Below are positions 48,866 through 58,343 of a stretch of 64,000 nucleotides of DNA, in pieces. The notes beneath the pieces were generated by a model, which did no database searches, was not told where the DNA came from, and saw only the letters and a list, made by a program, of their open reading frames with translations. Source of the DNA: an uncultured bacterium (GTDB lineage Bacteria > Omnitrophota > Omnitrophia > Omnitrophales > JACQLI01). The position numbers and the translations under genes were made by a program. How positions within the stretch are numbered: the first letter of the stretch is position 1; each line of letters starts with the position of its first letter. Location: assembly GCA_964372875.1 (NCBI GenBank), contig CAYJTB010000002.1:21576-85575 (forward strand), written 5' to 3'.

Positions 48866-51192
48866 TGAATTTTTTTAATCCGCTCGATATCCGCAAAGGC
48901 GAGGGCAGAAAAGCCCTCCTCATGTTCCTTTATTTTTTTATCACCATCACGGTCCTCTATGTTTTGAAACCGGTAAGAAGTTCTTTATTCCTGGAAGAGC
49001 TGGGAAGCCAAAAGCTCCGCTATGTCTATTTAGGCGAGGGAGTTTTTCTCCTTTTTGTGACGTGGATTTATGTGCAGCTTGCCAAACGGGTGCAGCGGAA
49101 AACTTTTTTTACGGGCGTCCTGGCGATCTTTATCTCGAACTTAATTATATTCTGGTGGCTTTTTCATCTCAAGGTTCCTTACTTGAGTGCCTTCTTTTAT
49201 ATTTGGGTTGCGTGTTTTTCGATTGTAAGCGTCACACAATTTTGGACCCTTGCCAACGATATTTTTAATCCGCAAGAAGCGAAACGCCTCTTCGGTTTGA
49301 TCATCAGCGGCGGAAGTGCCGGGGGAGTGATCGGAGGTCTTTTAACTAACCGCGCCGTCCGTTGGGTTCACACCGAAGACTTGCTGCTTCTTTCCAGCGT
49401 TCTTTTATCAAGCTGCATTGTCCTGGTGGGATTTCTTTGGCAATACCTCCCGGAAGGGTCGCCGGGTTTTGGAAAAGAAAGGGCCACGATCGAAGTCCAA
49501 TCCACACGGAAGCTTTTTATGACCTCAAAATACCTTTGGATGCTTGCCGGCATTGTCATGTTCGCCAAAGTTGCGTCCACCGTCGTGGATAACCAATTCA
49601 ACGCAATTGTGGAACTTCACTTGGTAGGTAAGCAAGCCAAAACAGCCTTCTTCGGGGCCTTCAGCGCCGGGCTTAATGTGATTTCTTTCTTGATGCAAAT
49701 TTATGCGACGAGCATGTCGCTTCGCCTCTTGGGGATCGGAATTTCACTCGCCCTTCTTCCTGTGGGTTTGTCTGGAGCGTTTCTTTTCACGGTTCTTATC
49801 CCAGCTTTGGGGACCGCTACCTTCCTTAAAATTTTTGATGGAAGCATTAATTATTCCATTCAGCAGGCTTCCAAAGAAGTGCTCTACTTGCCGCTTTCCT
49901 CCAGTGTCCGCTACCGCGCCAAACCGGTGATCGACATGCTGATTTACCGCGTCTCAAAAAGTTTGGGGGGGCTTCTGATCATTATTTCCGCAACCCTTTT
50001 TGCGATTCCCAACGACCGGACCGGGATTTTGATTTTTTTCTTAGCGCCGTTTTGGCTTTTTTTGGTTTGGAAAATGAAATCGTCCTACCTTCATTTATTA
50101 CGTGAAAGGCTTTGGACGGACAAAGGCAAGGGCTCCATTTCAAAACCTCGCCGGGTCACGGAAGTGCTGAGTTTCCTTTACGATGAAAAAACCGTAGGTG
50201 AATTAAAGACTTTTTTGAAAGAAGAGTCGACCTTGGCCCGAAAGATGGCGGCCGCTGCATGCCTTCTTTATCACAGGGCAGGCAAGGATCTGGAGGCCAC
50301 CCGGAGACTGGTCAATGATATGATTCGCTGGGAAGCTCTGGAGACGCCTTCTAAGGATTCTGCCGAAAATGGCATGGGCCAAGAACGGGAATTCTTAGAT
50401 GAACTTCTCTTGCGGCAAGCCGAGAAGGAAGTTTCGAATCAACCAACTTCATTGTCGCAGGAGGATGCGCCTGCCGTTTTAAAAAGGCTCGAGACCCTTT
50501 TGGAAGATCCCAAGCAGGGGATGGGCATCAAACGCTCTGCGTGCGAATTTCTGGAACACCAGGCCGGCCAAAAAACAGCCGACGCCCTTTTTAAAATTCT
50601 CTCCCAAACCCAAGGTCATGCGCTCCGGTTTCTTTTAATCCAGACTCTTTCAAAGGTACAGGAACGCAATCCCTCGATTCGCTGGAACCAGGCGCTCGTT
50701 AAAAAAGAAATTTTCAGGGAAACCGAGCTTTATTTTAAAATCGGAAAACTCTCGAATTTTTATCAAGAAAGCCCCGTCAAAAAAGAAGAATTCTTGGAAG
50801 TAGCCCTCGGCGCACTCTCAGATGAAAGCCTTGAACGTTTGTTTCGCTGTTTCGGATTGCTCTATCCCGGAGAGGCGATGCGGATCATCTATGAGCGTCT
50901 TTTAGAACACCCTCATCCCGACGCTGTTCGCTCCCACGCCCTGGAGCTTTTGCATAACCTGGTGGGTCCAGAATTTTACGGGCTTTTGGAAAAACTCTTT
51001 GATCAAAAACCTTTGAGCAAGATTTCAGAGCAAGAGGCCGTCTCTATCCTTGAAGGAATGCTGAATTCTTCCGACAGGTGGCTTTCTCTTGTTGCAAGAT
51101 TTTTAGTGGGCGAGACAGACTTGAAAGGCCGATGGCCTAAATTGGGTGGTTCGGTTTCTGATTATTTGAAATTTGAATCTTTGGATGTTTAG
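48865..51192 (+). CDS. Npt/TLC-type nucleotide (ATP/ADP) transporter-like membrane domain fused to a C-terminal HEAT-repeat domain
   Basis: The N-terminal RKALLMFLYFFITITVLYVLKPVRSSLFL and about 12 TM helices resemble the PF03219-type NTT/MFS family. The roughly 330-aa C-terminal part is alpha-helical and repeat-like. Confidence 0.55.
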   Translation: MNFFNPLDIRKGEGRKALLMFLYFFITITVLYVLKPVRSSLFLEELGSQKLRYVYLGEGVFLLFVTWIYVQLAKRVQRKTFFTGVLAIFISNLIIFWWLFHLKVPYLSAFFYIWVACFSIVSVTQFWTLANDIFNPQEAKRLFGLIISGGSAGGVIGGLLTNRAVRWVHTEDLLLLSSVLLSSCIVLVGFLWQYLPEGSPGFGKERATIEVQSTRKLFMTSKYLWMLAGIVMFAKVASTVVDNQFNAIVELHLVGKQAKTAFFGAFSAGLNVISFLMQIYATSMSLRLLGIGISLALLPVGLSGAFLFTVLIPALGTATFLKIFDGSINYSIQQASKEVLYLPLSSSVRYRAKPVIDMLIYRVSKSLGGLLIIISATLFAIPNDRTGILIFFLAPFWLFLVWKMKSSYLHLLRERLWTDKGKGSISKPRRVTEVLSFLYDEKTVGELKTFLKEESTLARKMAAAACLLYHRAGKDLEATRRLVNDMIRWEALETPSKDSAENGMGQEREFLDELLLRQAEKEVSNQPTSLSQEDAPAVLKRLETLLEDPKQGMGIKRSACEFLEHQAGQKTADALFKILSQTQGHALRFLLIQTLSKVQERNPSIRWNQALVKKEIFRETELYFKIGKLSNFYQESPVKKEEFLEVALGALSDESLERLFRCFGLLYPGEAMRIIYERLLEHPHPDAVRSHALELLHNLVGPEFYGLLEKLFDQKPLSKISEQEAVSILEGMLNSSDRWLSLVARFLVGETDLKGRWPKLGGSVSDYLKFESLDV

Positions 51193-51202
51193 AAATTGAC
51201 CG

Positions 51203-51670
51203 ATGATTCTTTGGATCACCCTTCTGCTTTTTTTATTTTCGGGATGCAGCACTTCGAAGTCTAGCCCTCCTTTGGAGATACCTCTTGTTCCCTCCGCTTC
51301 CGTGGAGGAAAGCACTACCTTTGAAAAAGCCCTGGCCTCACCGCCCGCCTCTAAAGAAGTCGAAAGGGCGAGAATCGAGTATCTCCTTGAACGGATCGCC
51401 AAGTCTCCTTATAATTTCATTCGTAATGGAACTCAACATAGCGGAAAGCGCGCTGAAATTCATTTAAGATGGAAATATCTGCGCAATCAAAAAAAAGCTG
51501 CGGCCGCCGAACAATTTATCAACGACGTCGCCACCCGTTCAAAAATTTCCGGGGAGAAATATCTCGTGGTGCTTCCGGACAAACGCCGCATTCCTCTCCG
51601 GAATTTTTTAGTTCATGAACTCCATTCCTTTGATAAAAGCCTTGAAGAAAAACACCGCGAAAATCTTTAG
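51203..51670 (+). CDS. Small lipoprotein (DUF5329-like)
   Basis: The lipobox LFLFSGC, and RIEYLLERIAKSPYNFIRNGTQHSGKRAEIHLRWKY. Confidence 0.5.
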   Translation: MILWITLLLFLFSGCSTSKSSPPLEIPLVPSASVEESTTFEKALASPPASKEVERARIEYLLERIAKSPYNFIRNGTQHSGKRAEIHLRWKYLRNQKKAAAAEQFINDVATRSKISGEKYLVVLPDKRRIPLRNFLVHELHSFDKSLEEKHRENL

Positions 51671-53006
51671 ACTTTTTTCTTCTTTGGCGATCTTTTTAGC
51701 CCTCGCCCTTTTTCCATCCTTTTCACTTTGGGCCCAAGAAGATTCTTATGACCGTTACGGCGCTGTCTGGCCCGAGGGCTCAGAATCTCCAAAATCAGCC
51801 GCAGGCATGCAAAATTTCAGGGATCGTTTTTTAACCTATCCCTTTGAAGTCATCAGATGGCCGTTCAATAAGACCCTTGTCTATGTGGAAGAAACTCACT
51901 TGAAAGACAAGGCGGATTGGATTTACGAACGCATGAAAGATTTCGGGATCACGCCCCGTGTCCACAAAGGAACCAGCGTTCGAGACGGGTTTGGCGGCGG
52001 TCTTAATCTGGAGTTTGTTAAATTTCTCCACTTAAAAGAATATTTTCCTGATCTGAGCGTTGAAGCTTCAGGGTTATGGACTGTTGATCCTATCGTTGCC
52101 TATGAACTTAAAGTAAGACAAGATAGAATCTTAGAATCAGGATTTTTTACGGGCGGGAATTTTAAATATGAAAACCGGGGAGATGAGCACTTTTATGGAA
52201 TGGGGCCTCATACGAGCCTGGGCGACGGCACCTCCTATAAATTGGAAAGAACCACTCTCGACGGCTTCTTGGGTTATGAGTTTTTAAATACCTGGAATGT
52301 CAAACAAACTTTTAGTTACCGCAACGTCAATATCTCGAACGGCCGAAAAGGGGGAAGGGGCGTCATTGATTCTATTTTTGTCGCAACAGGACGTCAGGAC
52401 ATTCCTGGCCTTGCGGGGGATCGGATCCTGAGTTGGGATATGAATCTTGAGCACGACAACCGCGATAGTAAAGATGCGCCCACCGAAGGAGGGTATGAAA
52501 GGTTACATTTTGGTGTCAATAAAGGAACAGAAAACAACACCGGTTATCTTAAATACCGCGCGGAAGCTGGACATTTCTTTAAATTATTTTCAGACCCTAG
52601 AGTCTTTGCTGTTCGTGGGTTAGCAGAACAAAATAATGGTTTTGGTGACCGCAATGTTCCTTTTTTCGAAATGGCGCGCCTGGGAGGCTACGGGGCCTAC
52701 CCCCGTTTCGGCGAGGCCCACCGCGGCTACATGCGCGACCGTTTTTATGACCAAGACCTTATTTTATTCAATATGGAATACCGGTGGGTCGCTTGGGAAT
52801 ACCGGAGCTGGACGATGGATTCGGTCCTTTTTTCTGACATCGGTCAGGTGTTTGACCGGTGGAGAGATTTTTCACTCGGTGATTTTCGAGTCTCTTATGG
52901 CATGGGATTCCGGCTTAATTTTGAAAAAACTCAGCTGATAGGTTTTGAAATTGCCCGGGCAAATGAAGGAATAGAACTTTATGTTACAACTAAAGCGCCG
53001 TTTTAA
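51615..53006 (+). CDS. Outer-membrane beta-barrel protein (Omp85/surface-antigen-like C-terminal barrel)
   Basis: It has a signal peptide, an alternating aromatic beta-strand pattern and a C-terminal ...ELYVTTKAPF with a terminal Phe. Confidence 0.55.
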   Translation: MNSIPLIKALKKNTAKIFRLFSSLAIFLALALFPSFSLWAQEDSYDRYGAVWPEGSESPKSAAGMQNFRDRFLTYPFEVIRWPFNKTLVYVEETHLKDKADWIYERMKDFGITPRVHKGTSVRDGFGGGLNLEFVKFLHLKEYFPDLSVEASGLWTVDPIVAYELKVRQDRILESGFFTGGNFKYENRGDEHFYGMGPHTSLGDGTSYKLERTTLDGFLGYEFLNTWNVKQTFSYRNVNISNGRKGGRGVIDSIFVATGRQDIPGLAGDRILSWDMNLEHDNRDSKDAPTEGGYERLHFGVNKGTENNTGYLKYRAEAGHFFKLFSDPRVFAVRGLAEQNNGFGDRNVPFFEMARLGGYGAYPRFGEAHRGYMRDRFYDQDLILFNMEYRWVAWEYRSWTMDSVLFSDIGQVFDRWRDFSLGDFRVSYGMGFRLNFEKTQLIGFEIARANEGIELYVTTKAPF

Positions 53007-54645
53007 GGTCTTCGGCCTTTTTATCTTGCTGGTTTTTTTGGCGACGGGTGTTTGTGCTGAGACCGCCTCAACAAAAACTTCTTATTCCAAAAGACAAGCC
53101 GGACTCTACCGTGATGTGTCAGACCAAAACATTTATTATGAAGGTATTCAATACCTTCGTCTGGATAGATTTTATCGCCTTCTTGGCCGGGAAAAACGTG
53201 CGTTGGACATTAATGTTTTCGATGAAGTTCCGGACTCAAATTTCTTCATCAATCGTCATGGCCGTTCCCGGATGTCTTTAGAGGAATTAAAAAAAGGCCC
53301 CGGGGTAACTGACGGTCCCGATACCTCGGGTCTTTGGACGATCACCAAAGGCAAATTTGACGGTATTACCCCCGGCTTTTTCATTGAGGATGCCAAAGGC
53401 GATAAGTATCTTTTGAAATTTGATCCTGTGGATTCGCTGGAGCTGGGAACGGGGGCAGAGGCCATCGCAAGCCGGTTTCTCTATGCCATGGGCTACAATA
53501 TTCCTCAATACACCATCGTTGAATTCAACAAGGATCAGCTCGCGATCAGCGAAGGGGCGAAGGTTTTTGACGAGACCGGTTTCCGGGTGCACCTCACCCC
53601 GGAAAAACTGGATCAGTTTTTGCTTTTTGTTCCTCAAACCAAAGACGGATCCTACCGTGCTTCAGCAAGCCGCATCATCAAGGGAGAAATTTTAGGTCCT
53701 ATGAAATTTCAAGGCAGGCGGGAAAAAGATCCGCAGGACCCCATCAATCACGAAGACCGGCGCGTGATTCGGGCTCTTCAAGTATTTAACGCATGGATCA
53801 ATAATAATGATGTGAGGGAAAGTAATTCTCTGGATGTCGTCCAGGAAAAGGACGGCAAGGAAGAAATTGTGCATTACCTTATCGATTTCAATTCAAGCCT
53901 TGGGGCTACTCCGCGGGGAGCTAAGTCTCCGCAATTCGGGCATGAACACATGCTGGATTACGGTGAAACGGCCAAAGCAGTTTTGACGCTCGGCCTTCGG
54001 GACAAGCCCTGGCAGAAACGTTGGGATGAAGCCAATAGAGAAGTAGCTTCGCCCGCCGTGGGTTATTTCGATAACAGCCACTTTGATCCTGGAAAATTCA
54101 AGACCCAACTTCCTTACTATGCCTTTAAAGATTTAACCCGAGCGGACGCCTTTTGGGCGGCCAAAATCATCATGAGTTTTACAAATGAAGAAATCCAGGA
54201 AATTGTTTCGCAGGGAAAATTTTCCGATCCAAAGACCGCGGAAGAAATCGTAAAAATTCTTATCCAGCGCCGGGATCTGATGGGCCGGTATTGGTTTTCA
54301 CAGGCAAACCCGTTTGATCATTTTGAACTTGCCCCATCCGGCGATTCCTACGAGCTCCATTTTGACAATCTGGCTGTCAAATACGGCTTTGTCGATGCTG
54401 GTAAAAGCCTTTACCGTTTTGAAGTCTTCGCCCCAAAAGGGAAAAAAGAAAAAAGAATCGCCAAAGAAGAAACGACCGAGCCCGTTTTTAAGATCAACTC
54501 ACATCTTTTCAGCGAGCATCCCTCCTTGGACGTTGCGATCAGAACCCGCAGGCCCGAGGCCAAAGAATGGAGTCCCTTTGTGCGTGTTCGGATTCGTAAC
54601 GATGCCGGGGGCCCGCAAATTGCCGGCATCGCTCACGAAGACTGA
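52981..54645 (+). CDS. Secreted protein of unknown function (possible kinase-like fold)
   Basis: The signal peptide FGLFILLVFLATGVCAE. NAWINNNDVRESN...HYLIDFNSSLG loosely resembles a catalytic-loop / DFG-like pair. This call is weak. Confidence 0.35.
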   Translation: MLQLKRRFKVFGLFILLVFLATGVCAETASTKTSYSKRQAGLYRDVSDQNIYYEGIQYLRLDRFYRLLGREKRALDINVFDEVPDSNFFINRHGRSRMSLEELKKGPGVTDGPDTSGLWTITKGKFDGITPGFFIEDAKGDKYLLKFDPVDSLELGTGAEAIASRFLYAMGYNIPQYTIVEFNKDQLAISEGAKVFDETGFRVHLTPEKLDQFLLFVPQTKDGSYRASASRIIKGEILGPMKFQGRREKDPQDPINHEDRRVIRALQVFNAWINNNDVRESNSLDVVQEKDGKEEIVHYLIDFNSSLGATPRGAKSPQFGHEHMLDYGETAKAVLTLGLRDKPWQKRWDEANREVASPAVGYFDNSHFDPGKFKTQLPYYAFKDLTRADAFWAAKIIMSFTNEEIQEIVSQGKFSDPKTAEEIVKILIQRRDLMGRYWFSQANPFDHFELAPSGDSYELHFDNLAVKYGFVDAGKSLYRFEVFAPKGKKEKRIAKEETTEPVFKINSHLFSEHPSLDVAIRTRRPEAKEWSPFVRVRIRNDAGGPQIAGIAHED

Positions 54646-54658
54646 AAAACCGAGTTCT

Positions 54659-55558
54659 ATGTTTTCTATTCTAAACCGTATTGGTCAAACCCCTCTGGTT
54701 CGTCTCAAAAAAATTCTCCCTCAAGGAACACCCTCTTCCGTTGAAGTGTACGCGAAGGCGGAATTGTTTAATCCTGGCGGTTCGGTCAAGGACCGGGCTG
54801 CCTGGAAAATGATCCAACAAGGAGAGGCAAAAGGGGAGTTTCGAGCAGGTAAAATTCTTATCGATTCAACCTCCGGCAATACGGGGATTGCCTATGCATG
54901 GATCGGGGCAGCCAGGGGTTTTCCCGTTGAGCTCGTGGTTCCAAAGAATGTGAGCGAAGAACGCAAAAAAATTATGAGCGGATTCGGAGCGAAGATTATT
55001 TACTCAGATCCTTTATTGGGTTCTGACGGTGCGCGGGAACTCGTAGAAGAAATCATAAAAAAAGATTCGAGCAAATATTTTTTCCCGGATCAATACAGCA
55101 ACGCCTGTAATTGGAAGGCTCATTATGAAACCACGGGGCCGGAGATTTGGGAACAGACCCAAAGAAAGGTCACCCATTTTGTCGCGGGTCTTGGCACCAG
55201 CGGGACCATGATGGGGACCAGCCGGTTTCTTAAAGAAAAAAATCCCAAGGTTTTTGCCTTGGCCGTTCAGCCGGAATCTTTTCACGGCTTGGAAGGGCTT
55301 AAAAATATGGAGTCCGCCCTCCCGGTTCCTATTTATGAACCGAAGCGCCACGACGCAAAAATTACTGTAGAAACTGAACCCGCCTATGAACTCACACGCC
55401 GCCTTGCCCGGGAAGAAGGGTTATGGGTCGGACCTTCTTCGGGGGCAGCGCTTTTGGGCGTCTTCGAACTTCTCAAGACCGTCAAAGAAGGAGTGATCGT
55501 CGCTCTCTTTCCAGACGGAGGAGATACCTATTTGAGTACCCAGCTTTGGGAAGTCTAG
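54659..55558 (+). CDS. cysM: Cysteine synthase B-like PLP enzyme (CysM-type)
   Basis: The ORF is open from 54314, but ATG 54659 (MFSILNRIGQTPLVRL) is the plausible start. NPGGSVKDR and STSGNTGIAYA are present. A JAMM protease gene follows immediately. Confidence 0.8.
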   Translation: MFSILNRIGQTPLVRLKKILPQGTPSSVEVYAKAELFNPGGSVKDRAAWKMIQQGEAKGEFRAGKILIDSTSGNTGIAYAWIGAARGFPVELVVPKNVSEERKKIMSGFGAKIIYSDPLLGSDGARELVEEIIKKDSSKYFFPDQYSNACNWKAHYETTGPEIWEQTQRKVTHFVAGLGTSGTMMGTSRFLKEKNPKVFALAVQPESFHGLEGLKNMESALPVPIYEPKRHDAKITVETEPAYELTRRLAREEGLWVGPSSGAALLGVFELLKTVKEGVIVALFPDGGDTYLSTQLWEV

Positions 55559-56016
55559 TGAATGTGATTATTCCCTCCGAATATCTCCAAGAAATCCGCC
55601 TTCAGGCAGAAGCCGATTATCCTAACGAAACTTGCGGAATCTTGTTGAGTCCTAAAAATCAAAAAGACCAATTATCCGCTATTTTCCCCTGCCGCAATGT
55701 CCAAGATGAGTATCATGCCCAAGACCCCGTAAGCTTTCCTAGAACCGCTCGTACCGCCTACTTTATTGATCCCAAGGACCTTTTGAAAATCCAGAGGGCG
55801 GCCCGGGAAACAAATACTGAGATGCGGGTCATTTATCATTCCCATGTCGAGGCAGGGGCTTATTTTTCCGACGAGGACCAGCGGATTGCCATTTCAGAAG
55901 GCCGGCCCGCTTACCCCGGCGTTACTTACTTGGTGGTATCGGTGTGCGAAAAAAAGGTTCAAGAAACAGCCCTTTTTGACTGGGATGATCAATCAAAATC
56001 TTATAAAAAAATTTAA
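55558..56016 (+). CDS. JAMM/MPN+ metalloprotease (Mec / CysO-hydrolase-like)
   Basis: GTG 55558 overlaps the cysM stop. The motifs are PNETCGIL (Glu) and HSHVEAGAYFSDED (HxHx7Sx2D). Confidence 0.8.
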   Translation: MNVIIPSEYLQEIRLQAEADYPNETCGILLSPKNQKDQLSAIFPCRNVQDEYHAQDPVSFPRTARTAYFIDPKDLLKIQRAARETNTEMRVIYHSHVEAGAYFSDEDQRIAISEGRPAYPGVTYLVVSVCEKKVQETALFDWDDQSKSYKKI

Positions 56017-56056
56017 GATAAAACCGTCTTCGCCGATATAATGGAGTAATTATAAT

Positions 56057-57787
56057 ATGTCTCAATCTACCCGAACACTCTTTATAGGTTTTGTCGTTGG
56101 GTTCCTCTTTGGACTCGTACTCATCGGCGTCATCAGGCCTCGTGGCATTCGTCCCTCCGATCGAGTCATAGCTAAGTTTGGTGGTGTCGAGCTCAAAGAG
56201 AATGAACTCAGAGAACGAATTGCAGAGCAGCTTGCACCCGCTGAAAATGAAGAATATCGAAGTCTCCAGGCGGGCGCCCAAGATTGGATCAATACCGGGC
56301 TTTTAGAAAAGGAAGCCAAAGCCCGAGGCGTTGATATCAAAGAAATCTATAAAGATGTCTGGAACCGCGTGCATGTCGGCTATGAGGATATGCTGCAAGT
56401 CTATAAGCAAAACAAGGAAAGTTATGGCAATCAGCCCTTTGAGCAGGCAAGCGGTTTGATCGCCTCGCAGTTGCGTACCATCAAATATGGCGAAGCGAAG
56501 AAAGCTTATGTCCAAGAACTTCATAAAAAATATCACGCCGAGATTTTCTTAGAAAAACCAAAAATTCTTATCGAGGGTTCAGCCCTGCCAATCCAACTTA
56601 AAATAGGCGAATCGGCCGCGGTGCAGGTAGAGGGAGACAAGATTCAGCCGGAAGCCCCCTCGGTTAAAACAGGAGCCGCCCCCGAGGTTGGGGTCGGCGC
56701 AAAGGGTGCTCCTGCCAAGGGATCGCCTAGTGCGCCTATCAAGATGGTTGAATTTGCAGATTTTCACTGTCATTTTTGCAGAAAAGTTGCCGCGACTTTG
56801 GAAAAAGTTGTGCAAAATTATCCTGACAAGGTTCAGTTAATCTTTCGGCATTACCCTCTTTCGCCTTCTCCTGGGAGCGAGTCCTTTTTAACCCATGAGG
56901 CGTCCGCTTGCGCAAATGAGCAAGGTAAATTTTGGGAATTTTACGATGAAATTTATAAAACCGAATCTTCTCCAAAGCCTGATGATTTGGAAGGTCTGGC
57001 CTCCAACGTTGGTCTGGATATGGGAAAATATAAAGAATGCATGCAGAGCCACCGTTATCAAAGCGCTATTCAAAATGATATTGCCGCAGGAAAAGCAAAA
57101 GGGGTCCAAGGTACACCCACGATTTTTGTCAATGAGGAAACCGTCAACGGCGCTTATCCTTATGAATATTTTGTGGATCTAGTTAATAACATTCTCACCC
57201 CGGGAAAAGTTAAGCCCACCCAAAAACCTGCCCAGCCCTCACCGGCCGCGGAAGGCCCCGTTCAATTTAATAACGATGACTTAAAAGGCAGACCCAGCAT
57301 AGGACCTGACAATGCACCCATCACGATCGTAGAATTCAGCGATTTTCATTGTCCTTTCTGTAAACGCGTGGGCCCCACCTTGGAACAAGTCATGAAAAAC
57401 TACAAAGGCAAAGTCCGGAGGGTTTGGCGTCATTATCCTCTTCCCATGCATGCCGGAGCCGACCGCACCCATCAAGCCTCGGAATGCGCCCATGAACAAG
57501 GCAAATTCTGGCAATACCACGACAAAATTTTTGAGACCCAAGGTCCGAAGCATGACCAGTTACTTACGGAAATTTCGAAACAAGTAGGACTCGATCAAAA
57601 GAAATTTGAGAAATGTCTCTCCCAAGGCAAATACAAAAATCTTATTCAACAGGAAATTGCCGAAGGCAGCAAAGTGGGAGTCCGGGGTACGCCTACTCTT
57701 TTTGTCAACGGTCAAAGACTTCCCGGAGCCGTACCTTATGAAAGTTTCGACTCAATTATCAAGAGCGAATTAGCAAAAAAATCTTAA
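56057..57787 (+). CDS. Membrane-anchored protein with a SurA-N-like region and two tandem DsbA-like thioredoxin domains
   Basis: An N-terminal TM helix and two CxxC sites (FADFHCHFCRK, FSDFHCPFCKR). Each site is followed by a QG(T/V)PT block. Confidence 0.75.
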   Translation: MSQSTRTLFIGFVVGFLFGLVLIGVIRPRGIRPSDRVIAKFGGVELKENELRERIAEQLAPAENEEYRSLQAGAQDWINTGLLEKEAKARGVDIKEIYKDVWNRVHVGYEDMLQVYKQNKESYGNQPFEQASGLIASQLRTIKYGEAKKAYVQELHKKYHAEIFLEKPKILIEGSALPIQLKIGESAAVQVEGDKIQPEAPSVKTGAAPEVGVGAKGAPAKGSPSAPIKMVEFADFHCHFCRKVAATLEKVVQNYPDKVQLIFRHYPLSPSPGSESFLTHEASACANEQGKFWEFYDEIYKTESSPKPDDLEGLASNVGLDMGKYKECMQSHRYQSAIQNDIAAGKAKGVQGTPTIFVNEETVNGAYPYEYFVDLVNNILTPGKVKPTQKPAQPSPAAEGPVQFNNDDLKGRPSIGPDNAPITIVEFSDFHCPFCKRVGPTLEQVMKNYKGKVRRVWRHYPLPMHAGADRTHQASECAHEQGKFWQYHDKIFETQGPKHDQLLTEISKQVGLDQKKFEKCLSQGKYKNLIQQEIAEGSKVGVRGTPTLFVNGQRLPGAVPYESFDSIIKSELAKKS

Positions 57788-57825
57788 TCCTCTAACGAGA
57801 TTTCTCGTTCTATGAGGGCCTTGCA

Positions 57826-58335
57826 ATGAAGCAAATTGTCCAGCGGCTTCTAAGACTACTTCCCATCTTATTTATGTGTGCGGGGGTGAATGTTTACGCC
57901 GAGGAAATCGTTCAGCTCGAGATTATTTCCCAAACCGCGGGTTCTTTCACTGCAAACCAATCTTCCTTTACTTTAACGTTCCCTGATTTTAAAAAAAATG
58001 CGGTGACAAATTCTGTAAGCGTCGGTTATTCCATCCAGGGTAATGAGGTCTTACGTACGGATGACGTGGTGATGGCAAGACTTGACGCCTCCTTTGATAA
58101 TATTGCTTTTGAAGCCCTTTTTGCCTCTTATACTGCAAATGGCGGGGACGCTACCTTGGCTGCTTCACAATCCGATTTCATCGCCGTCGGCACCAACGAG
58201 GTAGGGATTGTCCGAAAAGAAGGCGGGCAAATGCTCGACGGAAGCTTTGTCGTTACCTATCGGGCCCAGGCCCTTGAAGATCAGCCTGCGGGAGAAGAAG
58301 TTAGGACCTTAACGGTAACTTTCGCGCCGACTTAA
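57826..58335 (+). CDS. Secreted fibre-subunit candidate P1 (169 aa), a paralog of 63338-63886
   Basis: The signal peptide LLPILFMCAGVNVYA. SSFTLTFPDF...LDASFDNIAFEA...DATLAASQSDFIAVGTNEV...GSFVVTYRAQA aligns with P6. Confidence 0.6.
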   Translation: MKQIVQRLLRLLPILFMCAGVNVYAEEIVQLEIISQTAGSFTANQSSFTLTFPDFKKNAVTNSVSVGYSIQGNEVLRTDDVVMARLDASFDNIAFEALFASYTANGGDATLAASQSDFIAVGTNEVGIVRKEGGQMLDGSFVVTYRAQALEDQPAGEEVRTLTVTFAPT

Positions 58336-58343
58336 AGAAAACG

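Noticed and set aside
54314-54658. The 115-codon 5' extension of the cysM ORF overlaps the end of the preceding gene.
   Set aside because: Cysteine-synthase homology starts at MFSILNRIGQTPLVRL (ATG 54659). The extension is out of frame with, and nested in, a better-supported CDS.
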